DNA from: Acidobacteriaceae bacterium
Lineage (GTDB): Bacteria; Acidobacteriota; Terriglobia; Terriglobales; Acidobacteriaceae
Length of the DNA: 38,657 nt
Assembly (NCBI GenBank): GCA_036376445.1
Contig: DASVAI010000298.1
Span: forward strand, 1 to 38,657
Direction of reading: 5' to 3'
Below the pieces are notes generated by a model. That model was not told where the DNA came from. It saw only the letters and a list, made by a program, of their open reading frames with translations, and searched no databases. Both the position numbers and the translations under genes were made by a program. Shown piece after piece: positions 25,050 through 36,100 of the stretch (positions are counted from its first letter, which is position 1; each line of letters begins with the position of its first letter).

Positions 25050-28000
25050 ATGAAACCGCTTGCAGTATCCTTTCGATTACTCCTTCTCCTACTGCTGGCC
25101 ACCAGCCCGCTCTACGCGCAGTTCTCCGCCAGTGTGCAAGGCACCGTGCAGGATACGTCGAACGCGTTCGTCGCCCAAGCCGTCGTCTCGCTCACTAACA
25201 GCGATACCAATGTTTCCCAGCAAGCGACGACGGACGCCTCCGGAGTCTACCGCTTTGCCAGTCTTGCTCCCGGTCCATATGTTCTGACCGCGACCGCTGC
25301 AGGCTTTTCGCCGGCACAGGTGAGCTTCACACTCACTACCGCGGAAACACGGAACGTGCCGGTCCAGCTCTCGATTGCGAAAGGCGCGACGAGTGTAACG
25401 GTTACCTCGCAGGCTCCCCTGCTCGACACTTCCGACAGCCGCAATGAGCAGACACTGGACACGCAGGCCCTGCAAAATCTGCCGCTTTTCGCGCGCAATC
25501 CAACGGCTCTGATGGGATTGACTCCTGGTGTCACCGGGCTGGGCACCGGCACTTCGACGAACTTCAATCCGGAAAATACCATCGACGCGAGCGCAAACGG
25601 GCGCGGACAGAACGGCAATCAGTACATCGTTGACGGCCTGGATGTGACGAGCAGTATTCGTCCCGGCGTATTGAACCTGACGCCCAATGTCGATGCGGTC
25701 TCCGAGATGAGCGTGCAGACGAATACGTACAACGTCGACTTTGGCCGGGCGAGCTCGATCCAGACCGTGATGACGACGAGGTCGGGCACCGACCAGTATC
25801 ACGGCTTTGCGAGCGAGTATTACAACTACCAGGGATTGAATGCGCGCGGCGAGTTCGGAGTGCCCCAGCCGCAGAAAGAGAATCCCTACCACACAAACAA
25901 CATGTCGTTCGGGATTGGCGGTCCCATTGTGCCGAATCACAAGCTGTTCTTCTTCTTCTCGATCGAACCGTATCTGTCGCTGATTTCCAATGGAAACCAG
26001 GTTCAGACCTACGAAGACCCCGCTTTCCTGGGCTTCGCTCAGTCTGTGCGGCCGAACTCGCCGGAAGTGGAGCTGATGGCGAAGTACAAGCCTAGCGGTG
26101 CGACTACCACAGGTATTGCCGCGAGGGCAATCGACGCCTTCGGTCCGCAGAACCTGGCCGCAAATACGGGATGCAATACTCCCAGCACCGACAACATTCC
26201 CTGTAATACACCGGTCTTCGACCACGGGAATTTCAACTCGTCCAGCTTCAACAACGCGAAGCAGTGGAACCTGCGTATCGACAAGTACTTCAGCAAAGAC
26301 CGGATCTACGGGAATTTCATCCGCAACACGATCAATTCCGGCGCACCGGCGGTGCGTCCCGCCTTCGCAACAACCAGCTCCGACTATGGCGCATCGCTGC
26401 AGGTCAACGAGACGCATACCTTTTCGCCCAGCCTGTTGAATGAAGCTTTTTTTGGATACAACCGCATCGAGGGATTTGCCAACAAGACAGGTACCTTTAC
26501 TGTCCCGATCGTGAGCGTGAGTCAGCTTGGCGTCGGATTCGGGAACGGCTTTGCTCAGGGTGATTTCATCCAGCACAGCTATCACTGGCGCGATGTGCTG
26601 ACGAAGATTCACGGCGGGCACAGTTTCAAGTTCGGCTATGAAGGCTGGCACGGCGACGATCTCGCGCTCTTTGCGGGCGCGTATGGAATTCCGAATCTCT
26701 CTTACAACAACATGATCGACCTCATCAACAACAAGCCCTATTCAGAGAACGGCCTGTCCTACAACATCGTGACCGGCAAGCCGCAACCGGGGAACTATCA
26801 GTACGCCATGACGACAGCAGGAGCGTTTGCAGAAGATACCTGGAAGATGACACCCAAGCTGACGCTGAACTACGGACTCCGCTATGACAACTTCGGCAAT
26901 GCGTATCCCACCGGAGATACATCGTTGGCGAATTTCCATCTGCCTTCCGGCGCGAACCTGCAGGAGCAGGTGACGAACGGATTCATGCGCGTCCAGGGAC
27001 ATGTCTATAGCAACTCCATGAACTGGGTCTTCAGTCCGCGTGCCGGTGTGGCCTACGATCCATTCGGTGATGGCAAGTGGGTGATCCGCGGCGGCTTCGG
27101 ACTCTTCCATGATTTCGTGACGCTGGGCAACAGCGAAAATGGCCTGAAGGGCAATCCGCCGGGCTTTGTTGTGCCGACGTTCAAGAATGACGGCTCGACC
27201 GCTCCACCGATCTTCGGCTATGGCACACAGAACAAATACCCGTATGGCTTCCCTTACCCCGCATTTGTCGGCACGCCGCTGGACGCGAAGGGCGGTGTGG
27301 TGGGCTCGAACATCAGCGTAGGCGGTGTGGATGTAAACATGTCCTCGCCGCGTACGCTCAACTGGTCTGCCACGGTCGAACGCCAGCTTACCAACGAGAT
27401 GGTGGTGAGCGCCGGATATGTTGGATCGCACTCCGGAAACCTGGTGATTGGAGGCGGCAATCTCACGGCGACGTCATACGGCGTGGACGTCAACCTGTAT
27501 CCTGGCGATCTTGTCCAGCACATCCAGTGCACCGAGACACCAGATACGAACTCGTGCACCGGAGTGCAGACGCGGTTGAACAGCAGCTTTGGCTCGATCA
27601 CGTATGCCACCAACGGCGCACGCGCTAACTACAACGCATTCATCGCTGCGATCAAGGGGCGATTTGCGCAACGTGGACTGCTGACAGCCTCCTATACCCG
27701 CTCGGATTCTCAGGATGACTGGCAGGCATATCCTGGCGTCTACCCCTACGACCGCTATTACGGGCCCTCTCCGTGGAATGCGCCCAATCGCTTTTCGCTC
27801 GGCTGGAGCTATGAGCTTCCCGGCGTGAACCAGGGGCATGGGCTGGTGGGGCGCATCGCTTCCGGATGGAACCTTTCCGGTACGACGATTCTCCAGTCAG
27901 GCAATCCATTCACTGTGTACACGGGCGCAGCCTTCCATGCGCAGTTGGTCGATCCTTCGAAGCCGGCCACGGGCTCCAATATTGTGCTGGCGCCGGATAG

Positions 28001-28406
28001 CGGTGACTTCAATGCAGACGGGAATAACTTTGATTTTCCGAGCGTCTCGAATTACAAGCAGCCGACCAGCCGCGAGGCGTATAAGAGCGGCATCTTTACC
28101 CATTGCGCAGGCGGCAATCTGAGCAATTGCGGACAGTTCTCGCTGCCGGCGATTGGATCGGAAGGCAATGAGAAATCGAATCAGTTCCAGAATCCTGGCT
28201 TTGCGCAGAACGATTTTGCGTTGAAGAAGATTACGAACATTGCAGAACGATACAGTCTTGAGCTGCGTGGGGACTTCATCAACCTATTCAACCGCCCAAA
28301 TCTCAACGGCGTCGACAGCAATGCTCAGGACGGCACAAACTTCGGCACCTCGACTTCGACGCAGACGCCGCGCGTCATCGTACTGGGCGCTAAGTTCGCT
28401 TTCTGA
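25050..28406 (+). CDS. TonB-dependent receptor with carboxypeptidase-regulatory-like domain
   Basis: Signal peptide to YA-Q, VQGTVQD, RSGTDQYHG, EDTWKMTPKLTLNYGLRYD, SPRAGVAYDP, ELRGDFINLFNRPN and a terminal Phe; GGAGG RBS before ATG 25050. Confidence 0.92.
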   Translation: MKPLAVSFRLLLLLLLATSPLYAQFSASVQGTVQDTSNAFVAQAVVSLTNSDTNVSQQATTDASGVYRFASLAPGPYVLTATAAGFSPAQVSFTLTTAETRNVPVQLSIAKGATSVTVTSQAPLLDTSDSRNEQTLDTQALQNLPLFARNPTALMGLTPGVTGLGTGTSTNFNPENTIDASANGRGQNGNQYIVDGLDVTSSIRPGVLNLTPNVDAVSEMSVQTNTYNVDFGRASSIQTVMTTRSGTDQYHGFASEYYNYQGLNARGEFGVPQPQKENPYHTNNMSFGIGGPIVPNHKLFFFFSIEPYLSLISNGNQVQTYEDPAFLGFAQSVRPNSPEVELMAKYKPSGATTTGIAARAIDAFGPQNLAANTGCNTPSTDNIPCNTPVFDHGNFNSSSFNNAKQWNLRIDKYFSKDRIYGNFIRNTINSGAPAVRPAFATTSSDYGASLQVNETHTFSPSLLNEAFFGYNRIEGFANKTGTFTVPIVSVSQLGVGFGNGFAQGDFIQHSYHWRDVLTKIHGGHSFKFGYEGWHGDDLALFAGAYGIPNLSYNNMIDLINNKPYSENGLSYNIVTGKPQPGNYQYAMTTAGAFAEDTWKMTPKLTLNYGLRYDNFGNAYPTGDTSLANFHLPSGANLQEQVTNGFMRVQGHVYSNSMNWVFSPRAGVAYDPFGDGKWVIRGGFGLFHDFVTLGNSENGLKGNPPGFVVPTFKNDGSTAPPIFGYGTQNKYPYGFPYPAFVGTPLDAKGGVVGSNISVGGVDVNMSSPRTLNWSATVERQLTNEMVVSAGYVGSHSGNLVIGGGNLTATSYGVDVNLYPGDLVQHIQCTETPDTNSCTGVQTRLNSSFGSITYATNGARANYNAFIAAIKGRFAQRGLLTASYTRSDSQDDWQAYPGVYPYDRYYGPSPWNAPNRFSLGWSYELPGVNQGHGLVGRIASGWNLSGTTILQSGNPFTVYTGAAFHAQLVDPSKPATGSNIVLAPDSGDFNADGNNFDFPSVSNYKQPTSREAYKSGIFTHCAGGNLSNCGQFSLPAIGSEGNEKSNQFQNPGFAQNDFALKKITNIAERYSLELRGDFINLFNRPNLNGVDSNAQDGTNFGTSTSTQTPRVIVLGAKFAF

Positions 28407-28422
28407 GGACAAATTGTGAAAA

Positions 28423-28460
28423 GGGGCATGCGATATCTCCGCATGCCCCATCCCTTTTCT
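28423..28460 (+). terminator. Hairpin / probable terminator or mRNA-stabilising stem after the TonB receptor
   Basis: GGGGCATGCG (28423-28432) / CGCATGCCCC (28440-28449) followed by ATCCCTTTTCTATTT. Confidence 0.6.
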
Positions 28461-28485
28461 ATTTCTCATGTGGCTAAAGGAATCT

Positions 28486-31377
28486 ATGCGCCATTTGGTT
28501 CGGGTCCTTCTGTTGTTTCTCTGCCCTGCTCTTGTATGCCCGTTGTGCTCGCCGGCAGAGACACTCTCGCTCAGCAATCGTTCCACGGTCGCGAGTTTCA
28601 ACGACCGTGGACTTACGTCGGTTAAAGATATCGACTCCGGCGCGACCGTACAGTTTGCCGCAGACCGATGGTCATTGACACTGGAAGACTCCACGTTGCG
28701 GAGCGACGATGTCCGCCCAGAGATCCATCAAGCCAGCGGCGACGAGATCGACTATGTCTACCAGCTCGGCGGTTATCGGGTAGAAGCCGTTTACCGCATC
28801 GCTCCAAGCTGGCATTTTGTCGCCAAGCAGCTCAGAGTGCTGCGGGCTCCGTTGAAGGAGTTCACGGTGCATCGCATGCTGCCCATCGACCTGGATTTGG
28901 CAGATCCGGTCAGCTCGGCATATGTCCCTTCCACGTATGATCCGCAGGTCGGCTGGGATATAGCGGAGAGCAGGAAGAAGCTTCCCGGCCAGGACTACGG
29001 CGCATTTCTTCGTCTGCCGCAAGATCGCGGAGTCATGGTTGCAATACAGAATCCCTATCTCGAGGTCGATCGTAACGGACAATCCGTGCACATCGGCTAC
29101 GCCCCGGAAATGCACTGGGATGCAGGATGGGGCGAATTTGCAAGCGATATTGCGTGTGTGGGTGTTTACAAGCTTAGCGGCCGCCGCATGCCGAGAGAGA
29201 TGGCGCTTGAGTGGAAGTTGCCACCGCCCGCCACGCCCGACGACGGCATGGATCGCGCGGAGATTGCTGCCTACACGGACTGCGTGCGCGCCTTTCTTAT
29301 CGATCCGGCGCCGGAGCCAACCAGTGTGGAAGTGGGATGGACGCTGAACGACTACCAGATCGATGTTGGCACTCGGAAAGGTGTGGCGGAGTACAAACGC
29401 ATCATCGAGACAGCGTCACAGTTAGGTGTACGCACGCTGCTCTACGCTCCAGCGAACTCGAAGTTATCGGATCGCACCAAGAGCGCTGATTCGTGGAGCT
29501 GGGAATATGTTTTGTGGATGGGACTGGGTGAAAAGATTCGCACCGGAGACTGGGATCCCACGAAGGATACGGTTCCCGCGGATATCCATGACATGATCGC
29601 CTATGGAAAGAGCAGGCACGTGGGTCTGCTTGCTTATGTATATCCCTCAATACCGTTTGGCCAGGATCATTCCTGGTTAGTCGAAGGCAAGCGAGAGAAA
29701 TTCACTTATGCCACGCTGGCTTCGCGCAGCTTTCAGGACTATCTCATTCGCAACCTTATCGCTTTTCAACTGCGCACGGGCATCGCGGGGTATTCGTTCG
29801 ATTACACCTGGCTCAATCTTTCCGGCAGCAGTAGTTACGCCCAGTGGTTTGGCTGGCGGCGCGTGATGGAGTCTTTGCGACGGGCCGTACCGGAGATCGT
29901 GATCGATGGCCGTCAGTCCTATCAGATGTATGGACCGTGGAGCTGGCTTTCGGGGAGTTATCCGCATCCCACCGGTACCGACGAGCAGCCGGAGAGCTTT
30001 ACGCCATATCCGGATCTACATTTCGATCGCGTCTCCGCGGACAGAGCCCGCTTTGTAAATTACTGGTATCGCAATTATCAGTTCGCGCCAGCCGAGATTG
30101 TACCGGGTTACGCGACGCACCAGACAGAGCGCTCGATGAATATTCCTCCGGACGCAGAGACGGGCGGGCATCCGCAGGAGGTCCGGATGATGTATACGAG
30201 ATATCGTCCGCGGGATTGGGACTATCTCGGGTTTCGCTACTCCTTTCTGTCTTCGATCGCGACAGGCGGTTGGAACAATGTCGTGGATATGATTCCGGCG
30301 CGCGATCCGGAAGAGGCAAAGCACTTCTCCGCCGCCGACAAGGCCTGGATTCGCGGCTGGCTCGACTGGACCCGGCAGAACAAGGAATTCGTCCGTCACA
30401 CGCGATCCATTCTGCAGCCGCCTGCGGTGGGCCACGTCGACGGGACTTCGATGATCGTCGGGAACCGCGGATATCTCTTCCTGTTCAACCCGAACTACCG
30501 CTCGCTGCCTGCGATGCTTCATCTGGATGACACGATCGGGCTCACACACGGAGATACATTTCTGCTGCGAGAGCTCTATCCGAACAAGGGCCACATCCTC
30601 GGAAGCCCTGGCGCGGGAGTATGGAAGCGCGGTGATAAGGTGCAGCTAACGCTGGACGGGACGAGCGCGACCGTGTTTGAAATAACACCGGCGCCTGCTT
30701 TGTCAGAACCGATCGTAATCAACGCAATCTCGGATGGCCCCTCCTCGCCATCCGCCAGGCTCACGAACGGCACGCTTGTCCTGACGCATGCTGCCGGCGA
30801 ACCAGGATCGCAGCAGGAGATTGGAGTTCTGCTTCCGGACTCCAGTGCCGTCCGGAAGATGACCCTCAATGGAGAGGACGTGCAACCGGCGCAGGCCGGG
30901 CGCTACGTCAGCACGAAGGTGCGCTTCGCCGGAAGGCGTTTCCGGCAAGCGCAGGAGATTACGCTGTCGCCCGATGCGGAAGGCAGGCTTCACGGAAGCT
31001 TCCTGGTCCCGCAGGAGATCTTCGCCCAACTGGAAGCACGAAAGAAAGCGTGGCCAATTCCCTGGACGAAGGAGGATTACGAGACAACCTGGCTTGCGCC
31101 CGAACGGCTGCTGCTCTTTATCCAAATTGCAGAGCCGGACGATGCGATGAAGATTGCGGCGACTCTTGATGGTCGGCCGCTCGCGCTGAGCCGCGCCTAT
31201 ACTTCAACACGGGTGCATGGTCCGTCGTTCGTCGGCTTCTATGCAGATCTTTCGAAGATCGCTCCTGATGTGCAGCACTCGTTCAGGCTGGAGCTGCCGC
31301 ATCTGAAGCCGGGGCAGTTTCAGGGTGTGTTCTTCGATAATGTGCAGCCTCGGCTCACGCAGGCGCTGTCACAATAG
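28486..31377 (+). CDS. Secreted uncharacterised protein, putative glycoside hydrolase (clan GH-D-like architecture)
   Basis: Signal peptide, beta-rich N-terminus and an aromatic-rich central region with GW..NDY, I...A..LG, GIAGYSFDY and P.IVIDG, reminiscent of GH27/36 barrels; AAGGA RBS. The CDS call is solid, the function is tentative. Confidence 0.6.
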   Translation: MRHLVRVLLLFLCPALVCPLCSPAETLSLSNRSTVASFNDRGLTSVKDIDSGATVQFAADRWSLTLEDSTLRSDDVRPEIHQASGDEIDYVYQLGGYRVEAVYRIAPSWHFVAKQLRVLRAPLKEFTVHRMLPIDLDLADPVSSAYVPSTYDPQVGWDIAESRKKLPGQDYGAFLRLPQDRGVMVAIQNPYLEVDRNGQSVHIGYAPEMHWDAGWGEFASDIACVGVYKLSGRRMPREMALEWKLPPPATPDDGMDRAEIAAYTDCVRAFLIDPAPEPTSVEVGWTLNDYQIDVGTRKGVAEYKRIIETASQLGVRTLLYAPANSKLSDRTKSADSWSWEYVLWMGLGEKIRTGDWDPTKDTVPADIHDMIAYGKSRHVGLLAYVYPSIPFGQDHSWLVEGKREKFTYATLASRSFQDYLIRNLIAFQLRTGIAGYSFDYTWLNLSGSSSYAQWFGWRRVMESLRRAVPEIVIDGRQSYQMYGPWSWLSGSYPHPTGTDEQPESFTPYPDLHFDRVSADRARFVNYWYRNYQFAPAEIVPGYATHQTERSMNIPPDAETGGHPQEVRMMYTRYRPRDWDYLGFRYSFLSSIATGGWNNVVDMIPARDPEEAKHFSAADKAWIRGWLDWTRQNKEFVRHTRSILQPPAVGHVDGTSMIVGNRGYLFLFNPNYRSLPAMLHLDDTIGLTHGDTFLLRELYPNKGHILGSPGAGVWKRGDKVQLTLDGTSATVFEITPAPALSEPIVINAISDGPSSPSARLTNGTLVLTHAAGEPGSQQEIGVLLPDSSAVRKMTLNGEDVQPAQAGRYVSTKVRFAGRRFRQAQEITLSPDAEGRLHGSFLVPQEIFAQLEARKKAWPIPWTKEDYETTWLAPERLLLFIQIAEPDDAMKIAATLDGRPLALSRAYTSTRVHGPSFVGFYADLSKIAPDVQHSFRLELPHLKPGQFQGVFFDNVQPRLTQALSQ

Positions 31378-31422
31378 CGCGATGTGATCGAACCGGTGTA
31401 GCGCGAAGACTAGATTGGTCCT

Positions 31423-32970
31423 ATGAGCGTTTTGGGCAACTCAGCCAGGTATGTCGCAGGTCACCGCTGCTCTGCGATCTCTCGATCGGGCGTTCTGGCT
31501 CTGTGCTTCCTGCCTGGCCTGCCGTTTTCCGCGCATGCACAGCGTGCTCGAACGGTGCAGGTGCCGGACGCGACCACCTCGATCGTGGAGTCATTACAGA
31601 GCCGCCGTTTCTACGACGCGCTTCGGCAGACCAATGCTGCCCTCGAGAAGGCTCCAAATGACTCGCGTCTTTGGACATTGCGCGGAATGGCTCTTGCAGG
31701 AACGGAGCAGACTCGACCGGCACTTGCGGCCTACCAGCATGCTTTGAGCCTTGCGCCGAACTATTTACCGGCGCTGGAAGGCGCGGCACAAATCGAATAC
31801 AGCATCGGGAGCGAGGGCGCGAAGCCCCTGCTCGTGCGCGTGCTGGCATTGCGTCCCGAAGATCCAACCACCCATGCGATGCTGGCCGTCGTCGACTACA
31901 AAGCAAAGCAGTGCGACGAAGCAATCCCGCATTTTCAGCAAGCGGAAGCGCTCGTCAATCGTCAGCCGTTGTTATTGAACGAATATGCGTCGTGCCTTGC
32001 CGCGCTTGAACGGTATGAAGCGGCGATCCCCGTTCTGCAACGCGCGCTCGCCCTGACTTCGGGGCGGCCGAATGCAATCTACAATCTTGCACTCGCGCAG
32101 TGGAGTGCCGGCCATGGACAGGATGCCCTGGCAACGCTCGGCCCGCTGCTCGAGACCTCTTCCGATGAAGACGTGCTGGCGCTGGCCGCTGATATCTACG
32201 AGGCGAATAACGATACGCCGCGAGCAGTCGACCTGCTGCGCAAGGCAATACAGGCAAATCCGAAGAGCATTGGGCCGTATCTGCAGTTTTCTACGCTCTC
32301 TTACAATCACGGCTCGATTCCTGCGGGTATCGAGATGCTGAATGCGGGCCTGACACAATCACCAAACGAGCCGCGCCTTTATCTTGCGCGTGCTGTTCTG
32401 GAGAGCGAGAAAGGCGACTTCGCGAACGCCACGGAAGACTTTGCGACGGTGAGCCGGCTCGATCCCAATCTCTCTATCGCCAGTGTGGCTGAAGGCCTTG
32501 CAGATTCTGAACAGCACAAGCCGGCCAGGGCGCTCTCCTCATTCCGAGCGGCGGCCAAGGCACACCCGAAGGACGCCTTCACACAATACTTGTTGGCCGA
32601 AGCACTCTCCGAGAACCAGAATGCTTTGGGTGCTTCCGAGCATGCCGAGGCGGTAGCGGCCGCGAGGCGCGCTGTCGCGCTGGATCCAAAGATGTCGAAC
32701 GCCCTCAATCTGCTGAGCACGCTTGCCCTTCGCAATGGGAATCCCAAGCTTGCAATCGACTACAGCCGGAAGGCCCTCTCTATCGATCCGAACGATCAGC
32801 AGGCGCTCTACCACCTGATGCTCGCGCTGCGGAAGACCGACGGCAATGCGGAAATACCGGCGGTGCTGAAGCGTCTGATGGCGGCGCGCAAGGAGCAGTC
32901 CGACGTGCAGAAGAGGCGCTACAAGCTCGAGGTGGTATCCGGTCCTGACGATGCGCCGACGCGCCGTTAA
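31423..32970 (+). CDS. Exported tetratricopeptide repeat protein
   Basis: Signal peptide (AHA-Q) and repeated TPR units (A...Y..AL.L.P, AI..LQRAL, A..YSRKALSIDP). Confidence 0.85.
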   Translation: MSVLGNSARYVAGHRCSAISRSGVLALCFLPGLPFSAHAQRARTVQVPDATTSIVESLQSRRFYDALRQTNAALEKAPNDSRLWTLRGMALAGTEQTRPALAAYQHALSLAPNYLPALEGAAQIEYSIGSEGAKPLLVRVLALRPEDPTTHAMLAVVDYKAKQCDEAIPHFQQAEALVNRQPLLLNEYASCLAALERYEAAIPVLQRALALTSGRPNAIYNLALAQWSAGHGQDALATLGPLLETSSDEDVLALAADIYEANNDTPRAVDLLRKAIQANPKSIGPYLQFSTLSYNHGSIPAGIEMLNAGLTQSPNEPRLYLARAVLESEKGDFANATEDFATVSRLDPNLSIASVAEGLADSEQHKPARALSSFRAAAKAHPKDAFTQYLLAEALSENQNALGASEHAEAVAAARRAVALDPKMSNALNLLSTLALRNGNPKLAIDYSRKALSIDPNDQQALYHLMLALRKTDGNAEIPAVLKRLMAARKEQSDVQKRRYKLEVVSGPDDAPTRR

Positions 32971-33071
32971 AGAATGAGCACAATTTCCTGCCCGCGCCGA
33001 TGTGCCGCAGAAACGCTCGGTGCTCCTCCCGACTAAGTTGGTGAGGTTCGGAGAGGCGGGGGCGAACTCAC

Positions 33072-33112
33072 TTGACAGCCTCTCATGCGAATGCAAGGAT
33101 CGTGTACGTTAC
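33072..33112 (+). promoter_or_regulatory. Candidate sigma70 promoter with adjacent LacI-type operator
   Basis: TTGACA (33072-33077), 17-nt spacer, AAGGAT (33095-33100), immediately followed by CGTGTACGTTAC. Confidence 0.4.
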
Positions 33113-33142
33113 CGCACCTCGCCGTTCGATCTTGTCTGAGAC

Positions 33143-36100
33143 ATGCCTGGAAAGCCCGCTTTACCACCATTCCGGCTCCATCTACCGCCGGCTCCTCCGG
33201 AAGAAAAGGGTGCGGTCAAAGCATGGCGTCAACCGGTGGCGCTCCGCACTTACATGCCGCATCCGGCGGATCGCAATCCGATGTTCCTGGAGACCCGCGT
33301 CTATCAAGGCAGCAGCGGGCGCGTCTATCCGATCCCGTTCGTGGATCGCATTACCGAAACGCCAGTCGAGCATTTGTGGGATGCTGTGCACATCGAAAAT
33401 CCCTGGCTGCGTTTGATGGTGCTGCCCCAGATCGGCGGCCGTATCCATGTTGGACTCGATAAGACGAATGGGTATGACTTCTTCTACCGGCAGAACGTGA
33501 TCAAGCCCGCGCTCGTGGGTCTAGCCGGGCCATGGGTCTCCGGAGGAGTCGAGTTCAATTGGCCACAGCATCACCGGCCCGCCACTTTCATGCCCGTCGA
33601 AACGGAAATCGAGCAGCATCCTGACGGCTCTGTGACCATCTGGTGCAGCGATCACGATCCGATGCAGCGCATGAAAGGCATGCACGGACTGTGCCTGCAT
33701 CCGAACAAAGCGCTGGTTGAATTAAAGGTCCGGCTCTACAATCGCACTCCATACCAGCAAACATTCCTGTGGTGGGCAAACGCGGCGGCGCGCGTGCATG
33801 AGAAATATCAGTCCTTTTTCCCTCCGGATGTCCGCTATGTTGCCGATCATGCGAAGCGGGCGATTACGGCATTCCCGCACAGCGACCGCCCCTACTATGG
33901 CGTGGACTACCCAGCGCGCGTGCGGAATGGCGTTCCTGAAGAACAACAGCCGCTTCAGTTTCGTCCCGACGGCTCCTACTCGCCGGATGATCTGAGCTGG
34001 TACGCAAACATTCCGGTGCCCACCAGCTACATGATCACGTCCACAAAAGAAGATTTTTTCGGAGGCTATGACCACCGCGCCGAGGCGGGTGTGCTGCACA
34101 TCGCCGACCACCGCATCGCACCCGGCAAGAAGCAATGGACATGGGGCAATCACGAGTTTGGCTATGCATGGGACCGCAGTTTGACCGACAGCGATGGGCC
34201 TTACATCGAGCTCATGGCCGGCGTGTATACGGATAATCAGCCGGATTTCTCGTTTCTTGCGCCCGGAGAAACAAAGAGCTTTTCGCAATTCTGGTATCCG
34301 CTTCAGCGTATCGGTCCGCCACAGGCCGCGAACCTGAAGTGCGCGCTCAGCCTGACCGTGAGGGAGCGCGAAGTGCGCATCGGCGTGCAGTCCACTACGA
34401 GCCTGCAGAACGTAACCGTAACGTTGACATATAAAGGCTCTATCGCCGGCCAGTGGGTGCGGGATATTTTCATCGGCAAGCCACTGATCTTGGAACATAC
34501 GATTGCGAGCGCAGCCACAGAGACTGATCTGGCGGTGAGCATCGATCAAGATAGCGCGTCCCTGCTCCGCTATGCGCCTGGAGAGGTGACGCCAGCGCCT
34601 GTGCCTGAGGTTGCCACCGAGCCGCCCGCGCCTTCGGCGATTGCGAGCATCGAAGAACTTTACATCACGGGGCTCCATTTGGCTCAGTACAGGCACGCCA
34701 CACGGAGGCCGGAGATCTACTGGCGGGAGGCGCTGCGGCGCGATCCGCTCGATGCCCGCACGAATACGGCACTTGGCGAGTGGCACATGCGGTGTGGTGA
34801 ATTCAGCACGGCCGAAGCATTGCTGCGCAAGGCGATTGACCGGCTTACCATGCTCAATCCTAACCCTGCAGATGGACAAGCATTCTATCTGTTGGGACTG
34901 ACACTCCGTTTCCTGGAGCGACACACGGAGAGCTACGATGCGTTCTCGAAAGCGAGCTGGAACGCAGGATGGAAGGCGGCGGCATGCTATGCACTGGCAC
35001 AGGCAGACGCAGCCGTCGGTCGCTGGGAAGGGGCACTGGAGCATCTGCACCGCAGCCTTGCCTGTAATGCTGAGAACCTGAATGCGCGCAACCTGACTGT
35101 GCTTGCCCTTCGAGCTCTCGATCGGAACGACGAGGCGACCGCGGTGCTTGCCGTGACACGCGGTTTCGATCCACTGGATCATTGGAGTCGTCATCTGGCG
35201 CTGGGCGAGGCACCAGCGGACCAACAGGCTCTGCTTGACCTCGTGTGGGATTACGCGCATTGCGGGCAGATCGCAACAGCAGTGCAGCTGCTGCAGGCCG
35301 CCGATAGTGCGTGCAGGGATGGGAGCGCGCCACTTCTGCTTTATACGCTTGGATTTTTCCTGCACCGGATGGGCCGCAAGGAAGAGGGCGACCGGGCGTG
35401 GCAATCGGGAGCGGCGACGGCGCCGGATTATTGTTTTCCGCATCGGCTGGAGGAAATGCTCGTTCTTCAATCCGTCGTCGAAGCTGCGCCGAGGGATGCG
35501 CGCGCGCCGTATTATCTCGGCAATCTGCTCTACGATCGGCGCCGGTATGAAGAAGCCATTGAGCTTTGGCAGCACGCTGCCGCGCTCGATCCCAGTTTCC
35601 CTACTGTCCATCGCAATCTCGGCATTGCGCTATTCAATGTTCGTCATGATGCGTCCGCCGCAGTAATTGCTTTCGATCGCGCTCGCGGAGCTGACCCGCA
35701 GGATGGCCGGATTCTTTATGAGCGTGACCAGCTTTGGAAGCGCACCGGCATTGCGCCTGAGCGCCGGCTTGCAGAGCTGCTGCGTCATGGCGAGCTGATA
35801 GGCCTGCGCGACGATCTTTCTCTGGAGCTGATTGCGCTCTATAACCAAACGGGCCAGCCGGAGCTAGCGCTGCACGAGCTACTTGCGCGCAATTTCCAGC
35901 CATGGGAGGGCGGCGAAGGGCTGGTGCTCAGTCAGTTTGTGCGCGCACGGCTGCTGCTGGCGCGGCGTGCCACTGCAGAAAACAAACCCGCGGAAGCAAT
36001 CTCGCACCTTGAAGCCGCCCTGCATCCTCCTGAATCTCTCGGCGAAGCGCGACATCTGCTCGCGAACAAGAGCGATATCGAATACGCTCTCGGCATGTCC

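Noticed and set aside
33722-35611. 629-aa minus-strand ORF (similarly 25089-26651, 1311-2324, 13614-14465 and 18476-19303)
   Set aside because: Antisense shadows of well-supported genes in GC-rich DNA; no motifs and biased composition.
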